A stretch of DNA of 64,000 bases, from the NCBI GenBank assembly GCA_009914755.4, contig CP068257.2, positions 39,552,001 through 39,616,000 of the forward strand, read 5' to 3'. The DNA comes from the human T2T-CHM13v2.0 reference genome, Homo sapiens. Positions within the stretch are counted from its first letter, which is position 1, and every line of letters begins with the position of its first letter. A model generated the notes under the pieces. That model was not told the DNA's origin. It was given only the letters and a program-made list of their open reading frames with translations, and did no database searches. The translations under genes were made by a program, and so were the position numbers. This document shows, piece after piece, positions 50,310 through 64,000 of this stretch.

Positions 50310-53255
50310 TCAGTTTACTCAGTTTTCACACCTTGCTGGCTAAAATTGCACGTGGAACCGGCGCTAGTGTTTATTTGCTCACTCACCGTGAGCCAGCACC
50401 ATGAGGAGCACGTGTCACAGCATTTACTTCTCACAAGCACCCCATGAGAATGGTCATCACCCCCTTTCCTAGAAGAGGGAGGGTGCAGAGAGATCTGGGG
50501 AGAGGAACCCACCTCTTCCAGGTGCCAGGCACTGGTACATGAATGGTGGAGGGAGATTGGACCCCAAGCCCTGCGTGCATTCAGTCATTCTGCTCAGTGA
50601 AGTGTGGACAGAATTTGTTTGATGGGAGGGTAGAATTGTTCTCAAAGGGCTTGTGACACAGGAGGAAGACGTCCACGTTCAGGACATGTCTAGTTCCTAC
50701 CCATCCGTGATGTGTGCATAATGGTCATCCCTCTTTTATAATTATTTTGTAAAATCTGATGATGCGGTTTTGGGCAGGGCTGCTGGAACTGGGGCATATT
50801 GTCAAGGAAGTCTATGCCAAAGACGAACAGTTTTCATCGTGGGGGCATAGAATTTTCACACATCTTCTGGAATAGATCATCTAAACTCTTTTACTCTCAG
50901 ATTTTCTGTATAATTGGTAGGTGCTCAAGAGATTTGCTTTAGAAATGAACAAGCCACCTTCCTTTTGCCTGGAATGTGCATTTCTGCCACTTGCCCTTCA
51001 CTGCATGAACGTCTCTCTAACCTTGACTTTCATTTATTCATTCAACAACTGTTTAGTGAGCACCTACTAGGCTCCCAGGCACTGTCTGAGGTACTGGTGA
51101 CAAAGAGATGAGCCACATGTGGCCCTACTGTCAGCTGTCATGGAGGGCGCACTGTGCTGGGGACATTATCTGGAGAAGACAGGCTCCTGTGTGACGGTGA
51201 TGCACCCAGGACAGGGGCACAGAAGCCTTGGGAACACCATGTAAAGTTAGAGGAAGAGGTATGGGGGGAGGGCAGAGATCAGAAGGAAGGACTGTGGGGG
51301 GCAAACCAGGAGGGCGCATTTCCAAAGCTTCACTGAGGCCTGGTCACTTGCGGCCAGCACTGCCTGCAGGCTGGACAGGTCAGGGGAGAGCTCAGAGATG
51401 ACCGTGGGCCTGGAGCACGGGAGGTCACTGGTGAGCTTGGCCGGCCATGGAGAGCTGAGGCAGAAGCTCCATCTCTGCAGGTGGAGGAGAGAAAGAGAGA
51501 AAGGAATTGAGACGGGAGGTGGCCCACTGCTGGATGCTTGACCGCAAAGGGGGAAGGAACAGTAGCTGGAGGGAGTGTGTTTTGGGTTTTGCCATTTTTA
51601 GGAAGGCGAGAAGAAATTAGCCACTGAGTTCCTGCAGTTCCACCTCCTTAGGTCTCTGGCAGCTTGGATCACAGATGGTTTTCAAGGGCAGGTCCTGGTG
51701 GACAGGCCATTCTCCCTACTAGATGCTGCACTCTGCAGGGGCCAGGACACAGGCACCATCATCTTTGCTGCTCTCACCCCATGCCCCAGGTTCAGCACAG
51801 CAAAGACCCACATCTGCCCTGCAAAGGCCCTCGAGGCCGCTGATGTTGGCGGCAGGGTTGGAGTAGTTAAAAGCCAGTGATTTTCAAGGTAGAAGACTCC
51901 ATCCAGCTTCTGCTGGAAAACCGGTTTTTGTTAGTTGTGATTGTGTTCTGGAAAAATGGAATGTGACTTCTATGGGAGGCTCCCTAGTATCAGGAAGGAA
52001 GCAGGGAACAGGGGCGGGGACGTCGGGACCTCCATGGGCTGTTTCACATCTCCAAGGCGTTTCTGTTTTCCTCAGATGTAAAGTGGGGATCTGTCTATCG
52101 TATGAGCTTTTGAGTCATTTTAAGTTATGCTTTGCTTGGAAGTTAAGAACATTCCCTGAATTTGAGAATATATATTTTCAATGACCTTTTATGTAGCTGG
52201 AGGGACATGGCCCAGGGCTAGGCTGGTGTGTGTGTGTGTGAATACATGCATACATGCACGTGAGGTTGAACCCAAAGAGGCAGGAAATAATTTTGGAAAT
52301 TCCTAGAATAAAGGAAGGGGCAGATTAAATTGCTAGCATGTGGCATGAGGTGAGGAACCTGGAAGGAGCCCACAGCCGGGGTGTTTGAGTTTTCCGTTGT
52401 TTGAGAGCGCGTCGTGTGAAATTTATAGAGCAGGTGGCATTACTATTTTTATCTCTGTGGTTGAGGCTACTTGTGAAAGTGGGTGATGGTCCTGGCTAGA
52501 ATTCAACACGAGAAAGGTCCATTTCCAGTGTCACCACACAGAAAATGGTGGTGGCTCCTGCGGGCCGCTCAGACACATGATGTGATGTACAGCCCAGAGC
52601 GTTTACTGTGCCCTGGAGACTCAGCCCTTGCCTGACTCTGTGGCTGCCTTATTTATTTGGGGCCATTTCTCTCAGATCATATGCTCCAGGAACGACCATC
52701 GTGGTGACTGGCTTTGCCAAGCTGTGACTCTGAGTTGAACCTTCTTGAAAACTAGCTTTTGCTGGAACTGCCACGGAAGATAAGGTTGTGCTGAATGCCT
52801 GGGCAATGAGAAGAAATCACCTGTGTAAAAGAATGCAGTCCACACTTTGGTCTGACTTTCTCTGCATTTGTGTTCCCTGCCTCTGCGGAGGAGTGACACC
52901 CCCTGAGAGGCAGGACCGGGTCTGGGCGTGTGAGAACGAGCTCCGGTCATGAGGCAATGCAGAGGCTGCGGTGGAGCTTCAGAGGGAGGGAAGCAGGGTG
53001 AAGCGTCTCTGGAGAGAGTCCCCCTGTCACTGGGGCTGCTGTGTGGAGGGCAAGTCTTGTTCCTGCCTTGGCCCTGTCTAGTTACGCAGTCGCAGTCAGC
53101 GCGGACGTGCGTTGCCAGCCTGACCGGCCGGGTGTGGGATCTCCTGAGCTACTGAGTGCAGAGTTGCCAGCGAGACCCAGAAATGGTTGTGAAACAGCTT
53201 CCACGATGGACAGTGGGCACAGGGAGGAAGGCTGGTCTTGTTCAGAAATCTGTAG

Positions 53256-53562
<307 letters not shown>

Positions 53563-55130
53563 AATCTAGAGCTGTTCTTATCTGTGACTTTCAATGGCCA
53601 AGAAAACGTATTTCCTACTGTTGTGCAATTAGTTATTTTTTTAGGGCGATTGATGTTTCTTGCCTAACATCCACACTGTCCTCTTCTCAAGCCCTAGTAT
53701 TCTCTGATTTGCCTTGTAAAGGAATTTTTGTGTGTTTGTTTTCTGTCTCTCCTTTACCTCTTTACCCCCCTCCTTTCCCTCTTTACCCCGTTTTAGCCAA
53801 GCAACTTCCAAATTCATCTTGCCTCCAGAAAGCATTTAAATCCCCAACACAGAGACAGTGGTGAACACTCAGGGCCCTGTGCCTTCCCTGTGGCAGCTCA
53901 TGGCAGCTTTGGCGAGGTATCTGCTGGTTGAGCCTCGGTGCTTTCCAGCCTGGGTGCTGGACACGTTGTACTTTGGAGCCCCCTCCCAGTGATGGTTTAG
54001 GTCCCGGCCCTTGCTCTTTTCACATCAGCCATAGAAGTGGCTTTTGCTCTTGTGATAATCCTAAGCTGGATGCAAAGAAGGTGTCACAGAGCCAGCTCGG
54101 CAGGCAGCAAGGAGGCCTGGAGGCCGGCAAGCCTTGAAGATGGACGGAGCAAGTAAAGGCGGCGGCCAGCAGCAAGTGAGTGGGAGGCCTGGGGACACGC
54201 CTCCATGACACAGCCTGAGGGCTGCCAGCCCCTACCAGAAACTGGGAGAGACAAGAAGGGCCCTCCCCTGGAGCTTCTGTGGGAAGCGCAGCCCCGCCCA
54301 CACCTAGATTTTGGACTTCTGACCTCCAGAACTGCCAGAAAATAAATGTATATTATCTCATGCCAACCAGTTTGTGGCTGTTTGTTAAGGCAGCCATAAG
54401 AAATTAATGTAAAAAGTGAGTCCCGTTTTCCAGGAAACTTGAATCAGACCAACCAATGTTAAGATATGTCAGTAAAACTACAGAACGATGGTTCTAATAT
54501 AAACAATACAACTATAGAACTTTGTGGCTATGGAAAGAATTCTTCAGTAACCAAGGAGAAAAAGTCACGTGTAATGAGGAAAAATAAGACATGCTTTAGA
54601 TTTCTCCACAAATACTCACTGTTGAAATACACTGGAGAAACATATATATAAAGTGTTAAGAAAAAAAATATGACCCAAATGCACAAAACCCAGGCAGATC
54701 ATTCTTCAAGTGTAAAGGCCATGGATAGGTGCTCGCAAGCATGAAAGCCCTTGGGGAAGATGGTGTCCAACTTTGGGTGGGGCCCGTGGGAGGCTGAACA
54801 AAACCTAGCCATTGGGGAGCTGGGTGAAGTCAGAGACAGGAGGACTGGTAGGAAGGAGAGAACCTCTTTCCTTATAGAATGACTAAGCAACTGTGGGAAA
54901 TATGGGTATCAAAAACAAATCTTGAAAATATATAAACAACAGTGTAACCTATGGAGAGGTTGGTGGGACTCAGATTCCTGGTGACATAGGTACATTCACC
55001 ACCTCATCTTCCTTAATGGAAGGAAATTCTGACAGATGATAAATAAAAAATATTGGCAGGTAGGTAAAAAAGAAAGATGTTCATGCATTATGTAAAATTA
55101 CAAAAAGGCATATCATGAAAGTAAAAATAA

Positions 55131-55493
<363 letters not shown>

Positions 55494-57232
55494 AATTCTT
55501 GATTTTTTTAGAAGTGTGCAGAGTGGGGATCCCAAAAATATCATTCTAAGTTGCTAAATCAAGAGAAGAGGTTAAGATATATCACATAAAATTGTAAAGA
55601 AAATGACTAGAATAATTTAAAAATAGATGTAAAGCTTGCAGTTCACCAGAACAATTATTAAACACCAGAAATCTGTATAGTAAAGATGAAAAGAATAAAA
55701 GAAGAAACATTATAGCAGACAGTGTCACATAGGAAGAGATAGGATGAGGAAAAATGTGTATAATTGGATGCAAATTGATAAATTCATCTCTTAAAATAAT
55801 TCAGTTTGGGGGAATGTTTAAAAATGGTGCAGGGATTCTGATATGCCTGCCCCCTTTGAGAATCAGGTTGTGGTGAGTTACTGATAACTTAGTGTTTATT
55901 ATTTAAGAGCAGAAAAAGAGAGAACCCTGTCCTTCAGGAATATCTGGTTCAACCAGACTGACCTAGGGACGGATCTCCTTCACTTACTTTGACCTGTTAC
56001 TGACTATTTGATACATGCAAGAATTACTCAGCCTCCAACAATTTCTCTCCTGTGAAATCCATGTAAATGCAGATTTGCTTGGTGTCCTCTAAGTGGAAAA
56101 ACCACACACTGATTTCCCTCTGCTCTCACACCACAACGATCAACACAGAAGACTTCCGGGACCAAATGTGCGGGGATTTCTCCTCACCAACAAACAATCG
56201 ATCGGTTCTGCGACAGACACCAGCTGCGTATCCTCTAATTTAGTTCAGTTCCTACACTGTCTGCCTGGGGATGGCGTGGGACCCCAGAGTGAGGGCCCAG
56301 TCCCCCAAGACTGCCCCCAGCTTCCATGCCAGTTGCGAGCTCCGGGTCATTGCCTGTGCTTCTGATCGATCGGCTACAAATGGAAGATTTCCAGGATCCT
56401 ATCCTTGGTTTGATTAATTTGCTAGATTTACTCACAGAACTCAGGAAGACATGTACACTGGTTTATTATAAAGGGCGTTACAGAAGATACAGATGAAGAG
56501 ATGTGTAGGTTGAGGTATAGGGGGACAGGTACAGAACTTCCGTGCCCCCCCTGTACACGCCACCCTCCGGGAACCTCAGCTGTCTGGAAATTTAATGAAC
56601 CCTGTTCTTTTGGGGTTTTGTGGAAGCTTCGTTATGTAGACATGATTGATTAAGCCATTGGCCATTGGTGATCAGCTTAACCTTCAGCTCCTCCCCACTC
56701 CCCAAGGTTGGGGGTGGGGCTGAAAGTCCCAGTCCTCTAATCCCGCCTTGCTCTTTCTGGTGACCAGCCCCCATCCCGAAGCTACCTAGGGGCTGCCAGC
56801 CATCAGTCAACTCACAGCATACAAAAACACATCACTTTGGAGATTCCAGAGATTTTAGGAGTTGTATGCCAGGAAATGGGGATGAAATCACATACGTATT
56901 TCACAATCTTTCATGCCCTTTTGTACGTTTATGAGAAATTAGGATTAAATCTAACCCAAACTGTGGCTTTGAAACTTGGGGCTGTTGAGCATCTAATATT
57001 TGGATGAAGAACCAGATAATAAATTATTATATATAATACATTATATATATGTAAATATATTTTTATATATGTGAGATTACATTCTATCTGAAATCAACCC
57101 AAACACCTCTGTAAAGGAGCAAGCTCTTACACATTTTCTAGGAGCTGTGTATTTGTAAATCGAAATTAAGAATAGAGCATTCATTTACTAAAACGAAGAG
57201 GTTTAAAGTAACATTTATAGTCTCATTATTTA

Positions 57233-57430
<198 letters not shown>

Positions 57431-57876
57431 TCAAACCTTCATCCCCCAAATCTGTTTCCCTACCATTCCTACAAAGTTTTTGTGAACATGATCTTCATTG
57501 GTCGGGAGGGAATTCTCTGAAGTCACAAAGTAGCTTTTCGTTTGAGAAAACACAGGGGTGTGACCACAGGTTACAGCACTGCCCCTGGCAGATGCCCAGG
57601 ACTGTCGTTCATTCCTCTCCACTATTTCCATGGCCTCCTGCAGGGGAAGGGGCAATGGCACTTAGTACATTAGGGAAGTAGGAGTCTGACAGTTTCTGCC
57701 AACAGCTCGAAAACTGTGTGTGCAGAACCTACACACAGCTGGTTTGTGTGCACAGACTGCATTATTCTTGCTTATTATTTTGGAATCTGTTATCTTTGTA
57801 CCAAGGGCAAAACGAGTGTCTTTGATTTTACCTTTGCAAATAATTTTGTTGTCGATTCCACAAATGTGTGAGTGTC

Positions 57877-58261
<385 letters not shown>

Positions 58262-59404
58262 TCAGAGGGAGGCTTCACGCTGGTGGGGCGGAGGCAGCAG
58301 GAGCTGTCGGGACCCCGTGAATGGCATGATTGCGCACGGGGCCCAGGCAGTGGCTGAGTTGGTTACAAGAATGCGCTCGGAGTCTGACTCTGGGTTCCAG
58401 CCTCAGCTCTGCCACTTACCCTTGTAGAGTTGAGCAAGTCAGACTCTCTGCACCTCAGTGTTTGCATCTGTGACGTGGAGTGAGGACTGTGCTGCCCTCA
58501 GAGCTCTGTTATGAGGTTGAAATAAGCTAATGGATATAGGAAGCACGTACAGCAGTGCCCAGCCCACTGCAGGCGGTGTTCAGTGTCTGCTGTCACTGTT
58601 ATGTGAAAGGTGTGGTGTTATGGGAGGGAAAGGGATGCACAGGCCGGCAGGAGACTGGGAACAGCAGTTCTCCCAAAGGGCCAGCCAGGGTCAGCTTCGT
58701 GGAGAAGGTGGCGTTGAAGGAAGCCTGGAAGGGAGCGATGGGCCGTGCCACATGGACCTGGACCTGGGTATCCTGGGGAAGAGCCCCCACCCCAGCAAGG
58801 TGGCCAGGGGAAAGGCCCTGCCACTGGGGGATGTCTGGGGCTTTCACGGAGTGGCCTGGTGGTCAGCGTGGCTGGGAGGAGTGATGTCAGGGCATGGCGA
58901 GTGACTCAGCAGGCCATGTGAGGACTTCGCCAGTTACTCTGGGTGACGTGAGAGCCATGGGAGGTGGAGGGCTGACTCCCTCTGACTTAACTGTAATAGG
59001 ACTGTGGTGGCTGCTGGTTGGAAGTAGGCCTAGGAAGGAAGCAGGGACACCAGTGAGGACGAGGAGGGGATGACAGTGGTGTGGACCCCCACAGACTCCT
59101 TGGAGGAGGTGAGGGGTGGGCCGGTGTGGGCCAGAACCTGAAGGTGGAGCCCTCGGGACCTCCTGGTGGCTGGATGTGGGCCATGAGGGGAAGGAAGCCC
59201 TAGGGATCACCTCCGGCATGGCCTGGCCTGACCTGATGGAGCTGCTGTCGACCGAGATGGTCAAGTCCACCAGGAGAGCAGGGGTGGGGGCAGCTGGAGC
59301 TCAATTCGGGACACGCCAGGCGTGAGATGATGTCCCATCTCAAGATGTTTCCTGGACCTGCTGTAACTAAGTACACAAACTGAGAGCTGAAAACAACAGG
59401 AATG

Positions 59405-59700
59405 GGCCAGGTGCAGTGGCTCATGCCTGTAATCCCAGCACTTTAGGAGGCCAAGACGAGAGGATCACTTGAGCCCGGGAGTTCAAGACCAGCCTGGGCA
59501 ACATAGTGAGACCCCATCTCTACAAAAAATAAAAATAAATTAGCCAGGCATGGTGGTGCACGCCTGTGGTCCCAGCTACTTTGGAGGCTGAGGTGAGAGG
59601 ATCCCTTGAGCCCAGGAGTTTGAGGCTACAGCAAGTGATGATTGTGCTGCTGTACTCCAGCCTGGGTGACAGAGTGAGACACTGTCAAAAAAAAAAAAAA
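59405..59700 (+). mobile_element. Alu SINE with target-site duplication CAGGAATG
   Basis: GGCCAGGTGCAGTGGCTCATGCCTGTAATCCCAGCACTTTAGGAGGCCAAGACGAGAGGATCACTTGAGCCCGGGAGTTCAAGACCAGCCTGGGCAACATAGTGAGACCCCATCTCTACAAAAAAT... ends ...cactgtcaaaaaaaaaaaaaa. The flanks read aacaggaatg|...|ccccaggaatg. Confidence 0.95.
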
Positions 59701-59714
59701 CCCCAGGAATGTAT

Positions 59715-60095
59715 TCTTTCACAGTTCTAGAGGCAAGAAGTCTGAAATCAAGGTGTTGGTGGGGCCATGCATCCTCTGAGACTCCAGGTGGAGCCGTCCT
59801 TTCCTCTTCCAGCCCCTGGCCATGGTTGTCAGTCCTTTGGCATTCTTGTGACTCCGTCACTCCCATCCCTGTCTCTGCTGTTACTTGGCACCCCCCGTGT
59901 GTCTGCTTTCCGTGCATTTTCGTCTCCCTGGAAGGACGCCTGTGATACTGGATTAGAGCTCACCTCTGTGGTCCTCACCTTCACTTGATTATCTCTGTAA
60001 AGACCTTTTTTCCAAATAAGGGCACATTCACAGGTGCAGGGGTTAGGAACTTCAGCATCTCTTTTTGGAAAACACATCTCAACCCATAAAAGATG
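59715..60095 (+). repeat. MER/LTR-type interspersed repeat copy (same family as 9150, 42421 and 48421)
   Basis: ...ttcacagttctagaggcaagaagtctgaaatcaaggtgttggtggggccatgcatcctctgagactccaggtg...ttttttccaaataagggcacattcacaggtgcaggggttaggaacttcagcatctctttttggaaaacacatctcaacccataa. Confidence 0.55.
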
Positions 60096-60475
60096 ACTAT
60101 TAGCCAGCCAGGGAAAGGTGTTGAATAGGTAGAGCCCAGAGTGCATGCGCAGCCCGGGGCCGAGAGGTACACTTGGGGTTCGTCAACATGCGGATGGCAT
60201 TTAAAGCCTTGAGACTCAGTGGGGACCCCAAGGGTGTGAGTGGATGGATCCCAGAAGTGATTCCTGAGCTGAGCCCCGGGAAAGTTCAGCAGGGTGGGGA
60301 GATGAGAAGCACCTGTCCGTGAGACTAAAGTGAGGAGTCAGAGAAGGAGGAAATCAGGAAAGTGTGGGGCCCCGGGATCCAGAGTGAAGAATATTTCCAG
60401 GAAGAGGGAGCGAGACTGAGTCAGATCCTGCTGATGGGTCAGCTCAGAGACAAACACTGGTCCCAGCTAAACTGA

Positions 60476-60821
<346 letters not shown>

Positions 60822-61009
60822 GATTTTGATTTCTTTAGTCTATAGCTTTTTAAACCTGTTTTTCAACCTTTTGGGCTATATCTACGTGGTCTGTGTTTAT
60901 TTCTAAAAGAAGTGTTCATTCTGTAAACAACTGGGCATGTGTCTGGACTTGGGATAGATGCTGGGCATAAAATGATAAGTAACATACACACCTGCCCTGA
61001 GACATCGTT

Positions 61010-62098
<1,089 letters not shown>

Positions 62099-62598
62099 GT
62101 GACAGGTGTGCCCAGGTGCCATGCATGGAGGTGAGGGGCCACCACATGCCAGGAGGAGGCTGGGAGGCATCCTGGGGAGGGGAGGTCACGTTGGATCGGG
62201 GTTTCCAGGCGAGATTTGGAAAAGCAAGGGGAGGGTGAGCCCAGTGGAGGGCTAAACCTGGCCGAAAGCCCAGAGATAAGAAAGAGCTCAGCCTTGGTTT
62301 CAAGCACCAACGGCCTAAAAAGGAAACCCAGTTATTTAACAGAATCCATTCTCTTTTAAGGCTCAGTGTGTATCTGAGACAGGACCATTTCCCCTCTCCA
62401 GTGCAAGCTTCTTCATGGACTTTGTTCAGATTTCAATTTTATAATAGCTTTTTCTATTCTCCTCGTCAGTATACTTTTTTTTTGTTCCAACTGATAAATT
62501 ATTCTTGCTACTTAGTTTTAAAAACATTATTCAAGAGTATTGCCTTATTAAAATAACTTGATGCTTTCTATTTTTTTTTTCTCCTTAAAACATAAAAG

Positions 62599-62687
62599 CT
62601 ACAGATTCTCGTTGACACTGGAAGCAGTAACTTTGCCGTGGCAGGAACCCCGCACTCCTACATAGACACGTACTTTGACACAGAGAG
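62599..62687 (+). CDS. BACE2: BACE2 coding exon 2 (89 nt), encoding the first catalytic-aspartate motif DTGS
   Basis: Acceptor ...cataaaag|CTACAG. Translation LQILVDTGSSNFAVAGTPHSYIDTYFDTE plus 2 nt. Donor AG|gtaagc at 62688. DTGSSNFAV is the pepsin-family/BACE active-site motif. Confidence 0.93.
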
Positions 62688-62804
62688 GTAAGCGCTGGCC
62701 CCTTGGCTGGTGTGCTGGGCCGGGGCACTGCATGATCAACATGCTTCAAAATGCACCAGAGCATGACAGCCAGAAAGCTGTTTCATTTTAAGGGGGATAC
62801 CAAT

Positions 62805-62840
62805 ATGTATGTGTATGTATACACACATGTGGACATGTGT
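62805..62840. repeat. Imperfect (TG/TA)n simple repeat in intron 2
   Basis: atgtatgtgtatgtatacacacatgtggacatgtgtatgcatatgtacatg. Confidence 0.7.
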
Positions 62841-63501
62841 ATGCATATGTACATGTTCATTCCATCCACAAATCCACAGCAGGAGTCTCCTCATGGCCTT
62901 CACGCATTTACATGAGATTCATTTTCTAAAAATCCAAGTCAAACACAACTCCTTTAGTTATCCCAAGTCGCAGGGAGCTTGTGGCCCTTTGGTGTTTATT
63001 GCAGCAGCTTTAGTTCTGCAGTGGAGGTGGGCTGGAGCAGGGGACGAGGTCTTGGGAGTCTGTGAGGCCACTCTGGCCGAGGGTGTGGGTTTGCTTCCTC
63101 AGCTGAAGGGATACATGGAAACCCACCTTTGCATAGTTCAGTAGGGGTTACGGTGTGGTTCATGGAAGCCATTTCTGTGGGTTGGTTTGCAACACTCATT
63201 TGGAAGAGTGAGTTTTGTGAGCACAAAGTATTAAGGGCCAAGACTGGGGCTGCACATGAGCAATTATGGGGTGGAGTTGAGAAAAAAAAGTGTAGCCTGA
63301 TGGAGGTCTCTGGAATAGAACAAGCCTTGCCCATGCAGGCTTCCGAGCAGCCCTGGGTGGGGTTGTGGGGAGGCCCCCAGCGGCTTGTGGCAGCCTTCAG
63401 CTCTGCAGGAGCCCGTGGGGTCTAGAGTCACCGCCCTCTGTGAACTGGAAGCTGCTCTAATGCTGTGCACGTTTTGATGTCACAACTATTTTTACGATTC
63501 T

Positions 63502-63587
63502 GAAATTTAAATTCAACAGACAGCCAGGTAAATTTAAATTCAACGGACAGAACAGGTAAATTTAAATTCAACGGACAGAACAGGTAA
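63502..63587. repeat. 3 x 28-bp tandem repeat (AAATTTAAATTCAACRGACAGMMCAGGT) in intron 2
   Basis: gaaatttaaattcaacagacagccaggt aaatttaaattcaacggacagaacaggt aaatttaaattcaacggacagaacaggt; the last two copies are identical. Confidence 0.9.
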
Positions 63588-64000
63588 GCTGACATGCTGG
63601 TTTGTTTTTTAGGGTCATGAACCTTCTAGAGGCTCGGAACTGTCACATTAGGTTTCCCTACTGTAAATTCTTTTCCTGACTTCCCTTTCTCGCTTTCCTT
63701 ATCCTCAGTGTTTTGTTCCGGGAAATAAAGGCCAGCTCTAGTTGGGGACAAAAGGAGGGGGAAAGAATAACTGAAGTCTTCTGAAAATGCCAGGCAATTT
63801 AATAAAGCCAGATGATTTGCTGTGTATGAAAGAAAGCATAGAGGAAACCCTGTATATCTATGCTACCTACACCACATCCTGGGCTCCACTTTGGTGCCAT
63901 AAATGATGGGGCCTCCTGCACGTATGGCTGCAGGTGCTTGCTGGGGAGAGGGCTGTGGTGGCCAGTGCTCTATGAGGCTTCAGAAAAATATGGCTGGCCC

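Overview
This is human nuclear DNA, not a prokaryotic locus. About 15 Alu SINEs, several L1 3' ends and two endogenous retroviruses occupy the window, and there are no bacterial-style operons. It covers the 5' end of BACE2 (beta-secretase 2, chr21q22). A GC-rich CpG-island promoter and 5' UTR lie at about 3.8-5.3 kb. Coding exon 1 (4596-4907) translates to MGALARALLLPLLAQWLLRAAPELAPAPFTLP...EMLIGTPPQK, a perfect signal-peptide/propeptide reading frame that ends at a GT donor. Intron 1 is about 57.7 kb (4908-62598). Exon 2 (62599-62687, 89 nt) encodes LQILVDTGSSNFAVAGTPHSYIDTYFDTE, which carries the first aspartyl-protease DTGS active-site motif; its AG acceptor and GTAAGC donor are intact. Intron 1 is a typical repeat landscape. 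It holds an LTR-flanked, degraded class-I (HERV-W/9/H-like) provirus antisense to BACE2 (16204-23418), which may correspond to the placental PLAC4 transcription unit. It also holds a HERV-L internal region with protease, reverse transcriptase, RNase H, integrase and a C-terminal dUTPase (about 26.9-31.3 kb, minus strand). There is a G-rich 22-bp minisatellite (15397-15930), head-to-head L1 3' ends including a twin-primed copy with an 11-bp target-site duplication, several old L1M 3' ends with nested younger insertions, and a number of perfect short tandem duplications. I find no CRISPR arrays, tRNA or rRNA genes, and nothing to support an undescribed biological system. The noteworthy items are eukaryotic: the antisense provirus/PLAC4 candidate, the VNTRs and the promoter-region repeats. 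All identifications rest on reading the sequence and recalled family consensus; no database searches were run.
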